From the NCBI RefSeq assembly GCF_006345805.1, contig NW_021824157.1:1-19808 (forward strand): DNA of 19,808 nucleotides, written 5' to 3'. Source of the DNA: Octopus sinensis (lineage: Eukaryota). The notes under the pieces were generated by a model. It saw only the letters and a list, made by a program, of their open reading frames with translations. It searched no databases and was not told where the DNA came from. The position numbers and the translations under genes are program-made. Positions 9,056-19,075 of the stretch are shown here, in pieces (position 1 is the first letter of the stretch; each line of letters begins with the position of its first letter).

Positions 9056-10142
9056 CCGGAGAGGCAAGTCCATGCCGTAAAATAATGTCGTGAAGCACTG
9101 GACAGACGGTTCTCTTACGTTGATTGGGGATGGGTTTGGGCCGGAGCTCCAGGTGGATAGGAACGGTTGAAACTGGGAAGTGGTTCCGAGCAAGGTAGCC
9201 AGTCTATCATTGAAAGATAGGGTAGAGGTGGTGAACACATATATCTCCTCTGTTTCATATTACCGTTGACCATCTTACTTTGCCCTCTTTTTCACTTGAC
9301 TAAGTTGGAGTATCTGTTCTTTCATTCCTTGTGAAAAGGATGTGTTCCAGTAATTTGGCGGTTCATCCAATGTCAACACTATATGAATGGAGGGCTCAGT
9401 GTATCATGGTTGCTGATAAGTAGATAAGCATCGAGTCTGCAATATCTAAAAGATTCTTACACAGTGAATAGATATGGTCACCCTTTATGAGTCGCGTCTT
9501 TCGCTAGTTCATCTTTCTGATAGAGTTGAAGTTTTGGGTGAAGCTAAAACGAAGACTAAGGTTTGGCATTTGGAATTTTGTCAAGCTCTCATAACCACTT
9601 ATCAGTTGGATAATGCGGTCGGTGAAACGTCCTCGTCAGTGTTTTATAGAAGACTAGTAGAGGCGAAATCGACGATATTCGTCGTTGAGAGTCAACTGGC
9701 CGGTCTGTTCTGGAGAACTTTTGAACCATGAACTATATATAACTTCCACAAATCCCTAACCAAGAAATACTGCTGAGCGGTATTGCCGGATCGAGATAAA
9801 CACTATAGGCGTGAAACTGCCATCAACCAGTTCCGTCTGAGATGCACGTATAGTGACATTTTGCACCTGCTTGTTCAATGTATGAGCATTTTTGACATGT
9901 GGAGCTTTGTCGAACAGGTGTTATCGCAAGAGATCTTTGGTCTAGCCATGCTACCAAAGGGCATTACTGGTTCTAGATAAATTCTACAGCCATGGAAATA
10001 CAACCAGCTGGGCCTTCCTGAAATGCACGTAAACAACGAAACTGCTGACTTGTGGGTTTATTTCGATCTGCTGCTGGCACGTGTAGGACAGATCTATTTA
10101 TCAAATCTGTCTTTCGCGAAGATCGCCCTAATACCTTCCTGT
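9056..10142 (+). mobile_element. Tx1/L1-type LINE ORF2 C-terminal fragment, part 2 (post-RT region and zinc knuckle)
   Basis: RRGKSMP*NNVVKHWTDG..GFGPELQVDRN; SLSLKDRVEVVNTYISSVSYYR; LTKLEYLFF..NGGL; WHLEFCQAL; TFEP..FHKSL..RC..LHLLVQC..MWSFVEQVLS; many stops. Confidence 0.8.
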
Positions 10143-10483
10143 TGTTATTCCATAGCATTGGCATAGTTTCCAGAGTATATAGGTCCCAACTCTGTTATGT
10201 CGGTGAATATATTCCTTCTTAGCCAGAACCGAGCAGCCAGAGACAATATGATTTATTGTTTCTTGCCCTTGTATTTCTTTTTATTATGTGTTTCTAGTGG
10301 GGAGACTTTGATCTCTGCTTTGAGCCCTGAGCTTCTCAGTCATTGTTGAGATTTTGGTTTGTTTATTTCTTTTCTATTTAGCTTATCCCGATACTTACCA
10401 TGTAAGGACTTTTCTTGCCATCGTTATAGCATGATATTTTATTGTTCCAGTTTCAGTTTGGATTTCAGTTGTTTTACAGCTTT

Positions 10484-10546
10484 CGTCGTCGTCGTCGTCG
10501 TCGTCGTTGTCATCATCATCATCATTATTATTATTATTATTATTAA
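10484..10546. repeat. (GTC)n(ATC)n(ATT)n compound microsatellite
   Basis: Directly visible; further (ATT)n tracts at 10661-10728 and 10836-10900, and (ATC)n at 11128-11156. Confidence 0.9.
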
Positions 10547-10660
10547 GTCGGCGAGCTGGCAGAACCTATCAGATTCGAAAAATTAAGTACCAGATACGCA
10601 CTGGAGTCGATGTTACCGAAATTTCCCAAATTTCAGACCTTGTGCCTATAGTAGAAAGAT
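10547..10660 (+). mobile_element. SINE family B, internally deleted copy, tail type 2
   Basis: gtcggcgagctggcagaa head joined directly to aattaagtaccag..gtcgat; B box missing; tail ccttgtgcctatagtagaaagatt followed by (ATT)n. Confidence 0.8.
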
Positions 10661-10662
10661 TA

Positions 10663-10724
<62 letters not shown>

Positions 10725-10836
10725 ATATTAAGAAGTGTGTGACTGATATCGAATGAACAATATTTCTACACTTCGTGTGTCTTCCACAAGTTCAAAATAA
10801 TCATATCAATCTACCTCATTTTAGTAATATTTAAGG

Positions 10837-10898
<62 letters not shown>

Positions 10899-10901
10899 TA
10901 A

Positions 10902-11115
10902 GGCGGCGAGCTGGCTGGTTCGTTAGCACACCGGACAAAATGCTTGACGGCGTTTCGTCCGTTTTTACGTTCCGAGTTCTAATTCCACCGAGGTCGACTT
11001 TGCCTTTCATGTATTCAGAGTCGATAAAATAAGTACCAGTTGAGCAGCGGAGTCGATGTTTCTACTGCCCCTCCCCACAAAAATCTGTTGGTTTTGTGTT
11101 TATATCAGAAAAGAT
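10902..11115 (+). mobile_element. SINE family B, tail type 2
   Basis: ggcggcgagctgg head, gagttctaattcc B box, gaggtcgactttgcctttcat central domain, tail ..tatatcagaaaagatt. Confidence 0.85.
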
Positions 11116-11521
11116 TATTATTATTTTCATCATCATCATCATCATCATCATCATAATCAATATCACTATTATTCGTCACTGACAAAAATAATTATTTAAA
11201 GTCTCATAACCTTTTGTTATATACATTCTTGCTTTTTTTTGTCTTTTTGTTTAATTTTTGATGTTTGACATCATCTTGTCCAATGAAAAATGAAAAGAAC
11301 AACCGTTTAAAGAATAGACGAATTAATAAGTATTAATTTATTATAATAAATAAATACTGTTAATCGCATTGCTAAATTCTTCTTAACTATGACCCTGCTG
11401 ACATAAATAATCTTTGATTTAGAAACAATAATATTACCTCCAATTATCTTTAATTTCTCTCGCCATACTGTTTTATTGAATAGCCACATAATCGACTTCC
11501 AATGAATAACACATGTTTATC

Positions 11522-11720
11522 TCTTTATTGCCCACAAGGGGCTAAACATAGAAGGGACAAACAAGGACAGACAAAGGGATTAAGTCGACTACATCGACTC
11601 CAGTGTGTAACTGATACTTATTTAATCGACCCCGAAAGGATGAAAGGCAAAGTCGACCTCAATTTGAACCCAGAACGTAAAGACGGAAGAAATGCCGCTA
11701 AGCATTTTGCCCGGCGTGCT
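11522..11720 (-). mobile_element. SINE family B, tail type 1 (first unit of a tandem dimer)
   Basis: Reverse complement of 19076-19294; lacks the first ~24 nt. Confidence 0.9.
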
Positions 11721-11726
11721 TAGAAT

Positions 11727-11897
11727 TCTTATTTCTTTATTGCCCACAAGGGGCTAAACATAGAAGGGACAAACAAGGACAGACAAAGGGATTAAGTCGA
11801 CTACATCGACTCCAGTGTGTAACTGGTACTTATTTAATCGACCCCGAAAGGATGAAAGGCAAAGTCGACCTCGGCGGAATTTGAACTCAGAACGTAA
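11727..11897 (-). mobile_element. SINE family B, tail type 1 (second unit of the dimer, 5'-truncated)
   Basis: About 140 bp identical to the first unit except one base. Confidence 0.9.
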
Positions 11898-12163
11898 ATG
11901 AGTAACAGACATCAAACATCTAAATCTGCGCTCTAGTGACCACCAACATTGTTACTATACGTCTAAAAGTAGGTACTATGTATAAATCCCCCGAGTGACG
12001 AACTGAGCTCAATTTTAACTTTTTTTTATGTATATGTTGTAAATATGCGCTACAAAGTTTGGCAAGTTCTTGTCTCGCCTGGTACAAAGTACACAAACCT
12101 CTCTTTTATTACAAGGCGTGGGTTTTCTGTCACTCTCTTCCCCATGGTGATAGTTATATAACT

Positions 12164-12344
12164 AATTTCAAATTTTGGTTCAAGGCCAGCAACTTCGGGG
12201 TGGTGGGTAAGTCGATTACATCTACCGCAGTGTTCAACTGGTAATTATTTTATCGCCCCTGAAAGGATGAAAGACAAAGTCGACCTCGGTGCAATTTGAA
12301 CTCAGAACGTAGCGACGGGCGAAATACCTCTATGCATTTCGCCC
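12164..12344 (-). mobile_element. SINE family B, tail type 3, 5'-truncated
   Basis: aaggatgaaagacaaagtcgacctcgg..tttgaactcagaacgt; tail reads ggccttgaaccaaaatttgaaatt on the minus strand. Confidence 0.8.
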
Positions 12345-12422
12345 CTTGATCATAGTAATATAATCAAGTTGCTGAAACTGGGACCTTATACCAATGTATA
12401 ACACATTATTATCAGACAAAAA

Positions 12423-12637
12423 GGCGGCAAGTTGGCAGAATCGTTAGAGCGCCAGATAAAATGCTTAGCAGCATCTCTTCTGCCATTCGCCGTGAGTTCT
12501 AGGTCTGCTGAGGTCGACTTTGCCTTTCATCCTTCCAGAGTTGATGAAATAAAGTACTAGTCAAGAACTGGAGTCGATTTAATCGACTAGCCTCCCTCCC
12601 TACAAATTTCAAGTCTTATAACCATAGTAGAAAGAAT
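12423..12637 (+). mobile_element. SINE family B, tail type 2
   Basis: ggcggcaagttggcagaatcgttag head, gaggtcgactttgcctttcatcc, gtcgatttaatcgac hairpin 12573-12587, tail catagtagaaagaatt. Confidence 0.85.
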
Positions 12638-12654
12638 TGTTACCACTCAAAAGA

Positions 12655-12785
12655 TATCGCGGTATTTAATTAAACTTCCTTGCGTTATGAGTTCAAATCC
12701 CGCTAGTCGACGTAGCTTTTCACCCTTCTGCCGCGTATAAGATATGTTTCAGTCAAGTACTGGGACCAATTTAATCAGCTGAACT
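12655..12785 (+). mobile_element. Highly diverged SINE family B fragment
   Basis: gagttcaaatcccgc.agtcgacgtagcttttcaccctt resembles the B box plus central domain. Confidence 0.55.
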
Positions 12786-12972
12786 ACTTACCACCGTCAC
12801 CACCATAATATCGAATGGATTTCCCCAATGCGCCACGTATTTACATAAATGCTTAAATCGTATTTACATAAAGTTTTCGTTACACTGAAAGGGACAGAAT
12901 AGGATATTTACAGTTCAAGGTCGGAGAAAATACAAACCACAAGACCATGATCGGTGAGATATACAAAGATAT

Positions 12973-13014
12973 ATTTCTTTACTGCCCACAAGGGACTAAA
13001 CATAGAGGGGACAA
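12973..13014 (-). mobile_element. SINE family B type 1 tail fragment
   Basis: atttctttactgcccacaagggactaaacatagaggggacaa. Confidence 0.8.
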
Positions 13015-13023
13015 GCAATTAGA

Positions 13024-13335
13024 AACAATAGGTGGCAGTTCTAATTAGAGAAGAAAATTTAGACAAAATCCATTAGTTTTAGAGAGAAGCAATAGAGTAG
13101 TAGATAAATCGCAGAGTTTACCGAGAAAGGCATCGTCTACGATTTGTAAGTTGCGAGAATGTCTGTAAACCATTTCTTCGTTGCGAAACGCAAAGGTTGT
13201 GTTGTCTGAACTAAGATACATTCACATAGATACGTGGTAATAGAAGCTATTGAACATGACCGCAGAGGACACATGGTACCCAATCCAAATCTACTATAGG
13301 AAATACTTTGCTGAACTGTTCGTGAGAAGTGGAAG
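13024..13335 (+). mobile_element. Tx1/L1-type LINE fragment (endonuclease-RT linker)
   Basis: NNRWQF*LEKKI*TKSISF; VARMSVNHFFVAKRKGCVV*TKI; RGNR; DRRGH; YFAELFVRSG. The first block is homologous to 15151-15188. Heavily decayed. Confidence 0.5.
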
Positions 13336-13894
13336 CAATAGGTTTCTGTCTGCCATGAACACTTCATAGCCTTCTGCCTCAACAAAGACAACAAAAAACA
13401 CCAGCCGCAAAAGCAACTGCAACAACAGCGTTCAACTTCAGCAAAAGTGGTTGTAGCGCCATCTTCAGGAATGACTGTAGCATTTGCATCAACACAGCAC
13501 CACCAACAACAATAACTGCAACAAAAACGACAAAAGATGCGCTGCTTTCAAAGGCTGTCACATCGCCGACAACAGCAACAGCCACAGTAACAGAAAACCA
13601 CAAAAAAGCCATATGCAAAAAAGAAACTGCGATATTTGAAGAAACATTAGAGATGCGTCTAAAGGATGATGCACCAACACTGTTTCTAACAGCAACAATA
13701 TCAATATTTTCACCACCACCGACCCTACAAACACAACCAAATTCACACCCATACAAACAGCCAGAACAACATCTGTAACATCAACAGAGAAAAATTAATT
13801 ACATCATGGCTGTAGACACAAACAACAAAAAGTTTATAAACCACAAACATTTCCCACGATGACTGATGACTACATCACAGCAACGAATAATGGC

Positions 13895-14048
13895 GTGGCT
13901 GTGTGGCAAGAAGCTTACTTCCTATCGACACGGTTCTGGGTTCAGTCCCATTGCGTGGCACCTTGGGCAAGTGTCTTCTACTATAGCCTCGGGCCGACCA
14001 AAGCCTTGTGAGTGGATTTGGTAAACGGAAACTGAAAGAAGCCCGCCG

Positions 14049-14116
<68 letters not shown>

Positions 14117-14287
14117 CGTGTGTGTGTATGCGTGCGTTCCCTCCACCATCGCTTGACAATCGATGTTAGTATGTTTACGTCCCCGTAACTTGGCAGTTCG
14201 ACAAAGAAGCGATAGAATAAGTCTTTCTTTGACTAAAGGCGGTGTTCCAGCATGGCCACAGTCAAATGACTGAAACGAGTAAAAGAG
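13895..14287 (+). mobile_element. SINE family A, near full length
   Basis: tggctgtgtggcaag A box, gggttcagtccc B box, internal (TG)n, tail ggcggtgttccagcatggccacagtcaaatgactgaaacgagtaaaaga. Confidence 0.9.
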
Positions 14288-14500
14288 CACATAAAAATGA
14301 TCAAAACTACACAAAATAGATTTAACCTTTTCAAAACCAAATAATCTAATGGAATTAGAGATTTCTGGAGGAATGTTAACACCAGTCTCTACAAACTGCT
14401 ACTTGTAGAAACATCCACAACTAGCCATAAGGACGGAACATCTGTCCTTCCAGTGGACTATGGTTAGAGGTTCTTCTCAGTTTCATCCATCATACTTGAC

Positions 14501-15188
14501 ATGGTCTTACTCAGAATTGTGTATGTACGTGATCTGGGATCACCTTGGAAAAAAAGAGCACCTGCTCAACGATCTCCAGCCATTAGGTACAGAGTGGTGA
14601 CCTTCGGCGAAACCAGGATTTCCCTCAGTATCTACAAGGTGCATGCATCTTCAAGTCTGCAGGGATCGGTAGTGGGGGAGTTGCGGTATTGTTTCGGGAA
14701 GGACTGGTTCTAGTGATACGGGCCATTTTCCTGAACTCAGAAGGTTAATAACAACAAAGCCTGCACTTTTTTTTTTAGACCAGCAGCCTCTACTCTGACA
14801 ATGGCAGTGCGGCCAAATTTTTTGAGGCGTCTATGGCTCTTCCCAGGAATATTCTTAGTACTAGACGGGGAATCGAACACCGTATTTGATGCACATTTGG
14901 ACTGTAAGAGAGGTTAGTAGATAGGAATTGGAATGTAAAAGTCTCACAAACATGCTCACATACTTCTTACTATCTGACAATTATCGATAGACTGGTTGTA
15001 CGTAATTCAAAGTATTCAGCTGCAGAGACCACAAATTTATGAGCTGTACAGTCGACTTAGTTACGCTTAATAGACAAGGACTTGTCATATTAAGCTAATG
15101 AACACCGGATTAGAGAATTAGTTAAGTGGGTATTGACAGAGGCAATCCCCAACAATAAATGGTACCCTTCGTTTTAAAAGGGCGATTT
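14501..15188 (+). mobile_element. Tx1/L1-type LINE ORF2 start: AP-endonuclease pseudogene fragment
   Basis: MVLLRIVYVRDLGSP (NVRGL-like), HLLNDLQ, VVTFGETR (QET-like), GGVAVLFR..FLNSEG, LVLDGESNTVFD (GDxN-like), SDNYR, SCRDHKF (SDH motif), RIRELVK..NNKW..FKRAI; several frameshifts. Confidence 0.85.
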
Positions 15189-15193
15189 GAGCT

Positions 15194-15269
15194 GGCCCGA
15201 GGCTCAATGATTTGCCCAAGGTACCACGAGACCACGTGGTTGCAAAGCCATACAGCCATACCTACGCCT
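15194..15269 (-). mobile_element. SINE family A head fragment with multiple deletions
   Basis: ggcccgaggct..ttgcccaaggtaccacg..accacgtggttgc..catacagccatacctacgcc. Confidence 0.7.
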
Positions 15270-15876
15270 GAAGGAAAAAATTGTTAAAGACAGAAAAAAA
15301 AACAAAACAGAAAGAATTCTACTTCCTTTTCGTATTTAAAATTGAAAACATTTTAATTTCTTCTTTGTAAATTGTAAGTTTTCTCTTTAAACAGGATTCT
15401 CCTTCTCTCAGAATTAGGAAAAGAACTCGAAATTATTCTGTCCGTTGAGTTTTGTAAATTACTTTTTAAGTACGGAGTAAGCTGTTTTCTTTATACTGTT
15501 TGCACGTTTCCATGACCCTTCGTTTCTTTTTCTTTACTTACTTCTCTCTTCTTTTCCTCCTTTTTTTCTCACTCTCCCCCTATAAACATAATTATACTAT
15601 AGCATTCAGTATATTATACTTAAATCAGATACATTACAAATTTACTGCGGTATTCTTACTGATATTAATATCTCTTGTAGACGTACACTGTTAAATTACA
15701 CAAAAATTTAAGTAAAAAAAAAAAAAACACAATAAGAGATATCATCGCAGGACGTCTGCAACAGTAAATTTGCTCTCTGTCACATTCTGCATTGAGTGTG
15801 ATATGCAGGTAGCTATTTTAAACTAATACTGCTTCTGTTGCACATAGCAAACGATTAGGCTTCATTCATTTTATAT

Positions 15877-16111
15877 TCTTATTTCTTTATTGCCCACAAG
15901 GGGGCTAAACACAGAGGGGACAAACAAGGAAAGACAAAGGGATTAAGTCGATTATATCGACCCCAGTGCGTAACTGGTACTTAATTTATCGACCCTGAAA
16001 GGATGAAAGGCAAAGTCGACCTCGGCGGAATTTGAGCTCAGAACGCAACGGCAGACGAAATACTGCTAAGCATTTCGTCCGGCATACTAACGTTTCTGCC
16101 AGCTTGCCGCC
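15877..16111 (-). mobile_element. SINE family B, full length, tail type 1
   Basis: Complete reverse-complement match to 19076-19294, including the head gccagcttgccgcc. Confidence 0.92.
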
Positions 16112-16331
16112 TTAATTTTTATATTCTGTTACTTTCCTCCTCTTCCCTTTTTTAATTATCCTTTTGCTTTCTTTCTCTTTCTCCATTTCCATTTTATTAT
16201 CATTTTGCTTTCTTTCTTCATTTACATTTTAATATCTTTTCTATAGTACATATTGTACTATAGTCCTAGATCACTATGACTGATCGACAAATTGTTGGAA
16301 ACACCTTTGATCAGTCACAATTGACTTAGAG

Positions 16332-16498
16332 CAGTGTTCCGCAACCTTTTTTCACTTGTGTTACACTTATATTCTTTTCAAAACTTGGTGGCACACCCGA
16401 ACTAAAAATATAATTAAAAGTATAGGGTGGAAAAATATATTCTGGTTGCAATGCGGCACACCAGTGTGCCGCGGCAATACAGTTTCTTTTGAGCACTG
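16332..16498. mobile_element. hAT (Charlie-like) MITE, 167 bp
   Basis: Termini CAGTGTTC..GAGCACTG; 8-bp flanks acttagag / gcttaggg (6/8 match); internal perfect palindrome gcggcacac-ca-gtgtgccgc 16453-16472. Confidence 0.7.
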
Positions 16499-16598
16499 GC
16501 TTAGGGCTAAACGATCAAAACAATCATTACTGTCGTTACCACTGACCTTCTCTAGTTGCACCGATCAATCCGCACATTCCTTTTATTTGCCTTAACAC

Positions 16599-17283
16599 AA
16601 GGGCTGTCGCTAAGCCCTTGCAACCCCTGCGGTCGCAGGGGACCTCCGAGATAGAGAGGCCCCATGTTAAGATCAAAGTGCGTAGATGAGTCATCTATTT
16701 ACTTTGCTTTAGATGTTGAACAACAATTAAACTATTTTAACGAAAATTTCAAGAAATTCAAGAAATAAAATGTCACTGTAATCTTACCCCTACCCCTAAA
16801 ATTGTTGGCCATGTGCCCAAATTTGAAATAGTTATATTTAATCACACGGCAAAAAAAAAAAAAAATGCAAAAGTTCTTGTAAAAATATTGCCTTGTGTCA
16901 CGAACATGTACCAGATTTTGTGGATTGTCTATGATATCTACTGAACACAAAACTTAGCTCTCAGCTTGATTATTTTGAACTGATCGATGGTTTCGCGAAG
17001 CGAAAAGTGCGCCATGTTTGTCTTTGAAAGTTGCCTGGATTATAAAAGTGCTCTTTTATTCATATCTGGAAGTTTTACTTGTTGAAATTTGTAATAGGCC
17101 TAAATAAATTTAACTTCTTGTACTTCAAAAGATGTTCTTTAGGATAACGTGAAATATTGAACTTCAGATAAAATAAATATAGTTATGAATAAAAAGGTGC
17201 GTAGATTATGAATTTTGATTGAAGGGATATGGCCTCGAAACAAAAAGTTGCAGGGGGCCTCTAAAAGTCACGCGACGGAGCTG
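16599..17283 (+). mobile_element. Internally deleted hAT transposon with a transposase C-terminal (dimerisation domain) remnant
   Basis: Exact 8-bp TSD CTTAACAC (16591-16598, 17284-17291); imperfect TIRs aagggctgtcgc / gcgacggagctg; 16913-17027 translates (one frameshift) as RFCGLSMISTEHK..SQLDYFELIDGFAKRKVRHVCL*; subterminal palindrome cccctgcg-gt-cgcagggg 16624-16641. Confidence 0.88.
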
Positions 17284-17313
17284 CTTAACACTACCATTGC
17301 CTGTTACACACAT

Positions 17314-17348
<35 letters not shown>

Positions 17349-17524
17349 GAGTTTCCCCGGTATGTTTACAATATCCCGTACATCACTTTCAGCTAAAGTG
17401 CTACCATCTGCACCCACACTTTCACCCGCCATCCACCCACCCACCCAAATTATAACCTTTCTACTGTCATTGTCACACTCACCACCACCACCACCATCAT
17501 CATGGTCATCATAATCATAAACCA

Positions 17525-17730
17525 ACACCTCTACGTGCAGGTCACTCGACCTGCTAGAAATAGCAACGAAATTTCTCTTACACTATACCCCTATGGTCTT
17601 AAAATACAGAAGGATATAACAGACAAAAAAAAATAATAAATAAATAAACGGGATAGTATTATTTGGGGAGGCCTGTTTCCGTCACCTCTCTTCCGGATCA
17701 CGGCTGACCTGGGGCTAAACAACAACATTC
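17525..17730 (+). repeat. Unclassified interspersed repeat fragments
   Basis: cgtgcaggtcactcgacctgctagaaatagc and ggctgacctggggctaaacaacaac resemble recurrent octopus retroelement 3' ends as I recall them; no second copy in this window. Confidence 0.35.
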
Positions 17731-17789
17731 ATGGATACCCATTCCTCCAAATACCCAATATTATTTAGAGTTAACAGCGCCACTCATTA

Positions 17790-17940
17790 CCAATACCGCC
17801 AATAATTTACCGCCGCCATCACCACTATTACTATAACCGACACCACCCTCACCGTCACTCCACTTCTCCAATACCACCACCACCACCAACACCACCACCA
17901 CCACCACCACCACCACCGTCGTTACTGTCATCAACGCCGC
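17790..17940. repeat. Degenerate (ACC)n low-complexity tract
   Basis: Directly visible. Confidence 0.9.
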
Positions 17941-18179
17941 TGTCCTCGCCTTTACCAACTCTTTCGTAGGTATGTGTAGGTTTTTGAGGGGATTCCTCCC
18001 CCTCAACTCAACCCCCTTACCCATCCTGTTCTCTCTACCCCTACTGAACTATCAATGACCGCGCAAGAAGGGAGGAAAGGAGAAGGAGTAAGGAGAAAGG
18101 GGGGGGTCACACTGCCCTGGCTTATTATTACTTATACTTGTATTAAATAAACCTTTTTTTTTTTTTTTTTTCTCTTCAG

Positions 18180-18205
18180 GGGAAACCAGCTCAGCGGAAT
18201 GTCAG
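18180..18205 (+). other. Candidate 26-nt microexon of an unidentified host gene
   Basis: Long poly-T tract and ctcttcAG acceptor (AG 18178-18179), branch-point-like cttatac at 18131, donor CAG|GTAGTA at 18206. Confidence 0.35.
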
Positions 18206-18239
18206 GTAGTACCTTCTAGCATTGGTGGCGATGACGGGA

Positions 18240-18665
18240 GACGGTGGAGGAGGGGGAGGAGGCGGCAGTAGCGGTGGTGGTGGAGGTGGTGGTGGTGGTG
18301 GTGGTGGTGGTGGAGCTGATTAGGGTGGTAGTGGTGTGATGAGTGAGTATAGCGACTCTGGTAGTAGCTGTATTATTTGTCAGAGGTGATGGTGGTGGTG
18401 GTGGTGGTGGTGGTTGTGATGGTGGTGGTGGTGGTGGTGATGATAGTCATGATGATTGCAGTGAGACTGTAGTGATGGTTGAAGATGGTAGGTGGAGAGT
18501 ATAGGGACGGTGGTGATGATGGTAAAGGCTGTGGTGGTGGTGATGGTGGTAGCAGAGGCAGAGGCGGCGGCGGCGGCGGCGGCGGTGATAGTGTTGGTGA
18601 TGGTGGTGGTGGTGGTGTTGATAAAGCTGGTTATGAGGTGGGGGGAATGTTAGGTGGAAGTGGTA
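18240..18665. repeat. Degenerate (GGT)n/(GGC)n/(GAT)n low-complexity tract
   Basis: Directly visible. Confidence 0.9.
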
Positions 18666-18719
18666 ACAAAACGGTAAAATTTGTAAGTCGATAGGAGAAG
18701 GAGGATTGATATTAGACGA

Positions 18720-19072
18720 GGTACACACAAACACACATACACATGCATACACACGCGCGCGCACACACACACACATTCACAAACGCACGCACGCACACAC
18801 ACACACACACACTAACATGCATACACTGATATTACAGCGATATGTTACGAGTAAATATACAGTCACATACTAACATATGCATACACACTAACAGACAAGC
18901 ATTCTTACATGCATTAACATGCACACGCACACACGCATACACACACACACACACACACACTAAAATATATACATTTATTTATTTATAATAAATATATTTA
19001 TAATTATATATACACACGTATTTATAATTATATATACACACTAAGATATATACACACACATATATATATGCA
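18720..19072. repeat. Degenerate (CA)n/(TA)n microsatellite region
   Basis: Directly visible; includes a 22-bp unit repeated at 18997-19018 and 19020-19041. Confidence 0.9.
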
Positions 19073-19075
19073 TAA

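Noticed and set aside
11307-11489. EKLKIIGGNIIVSKSK resembling the Merlin/IS1595 KIGG..VEIDES motif
   Set aside because: The catalytic EIDE residues are absent and there are no downstream motifs or TIRs.
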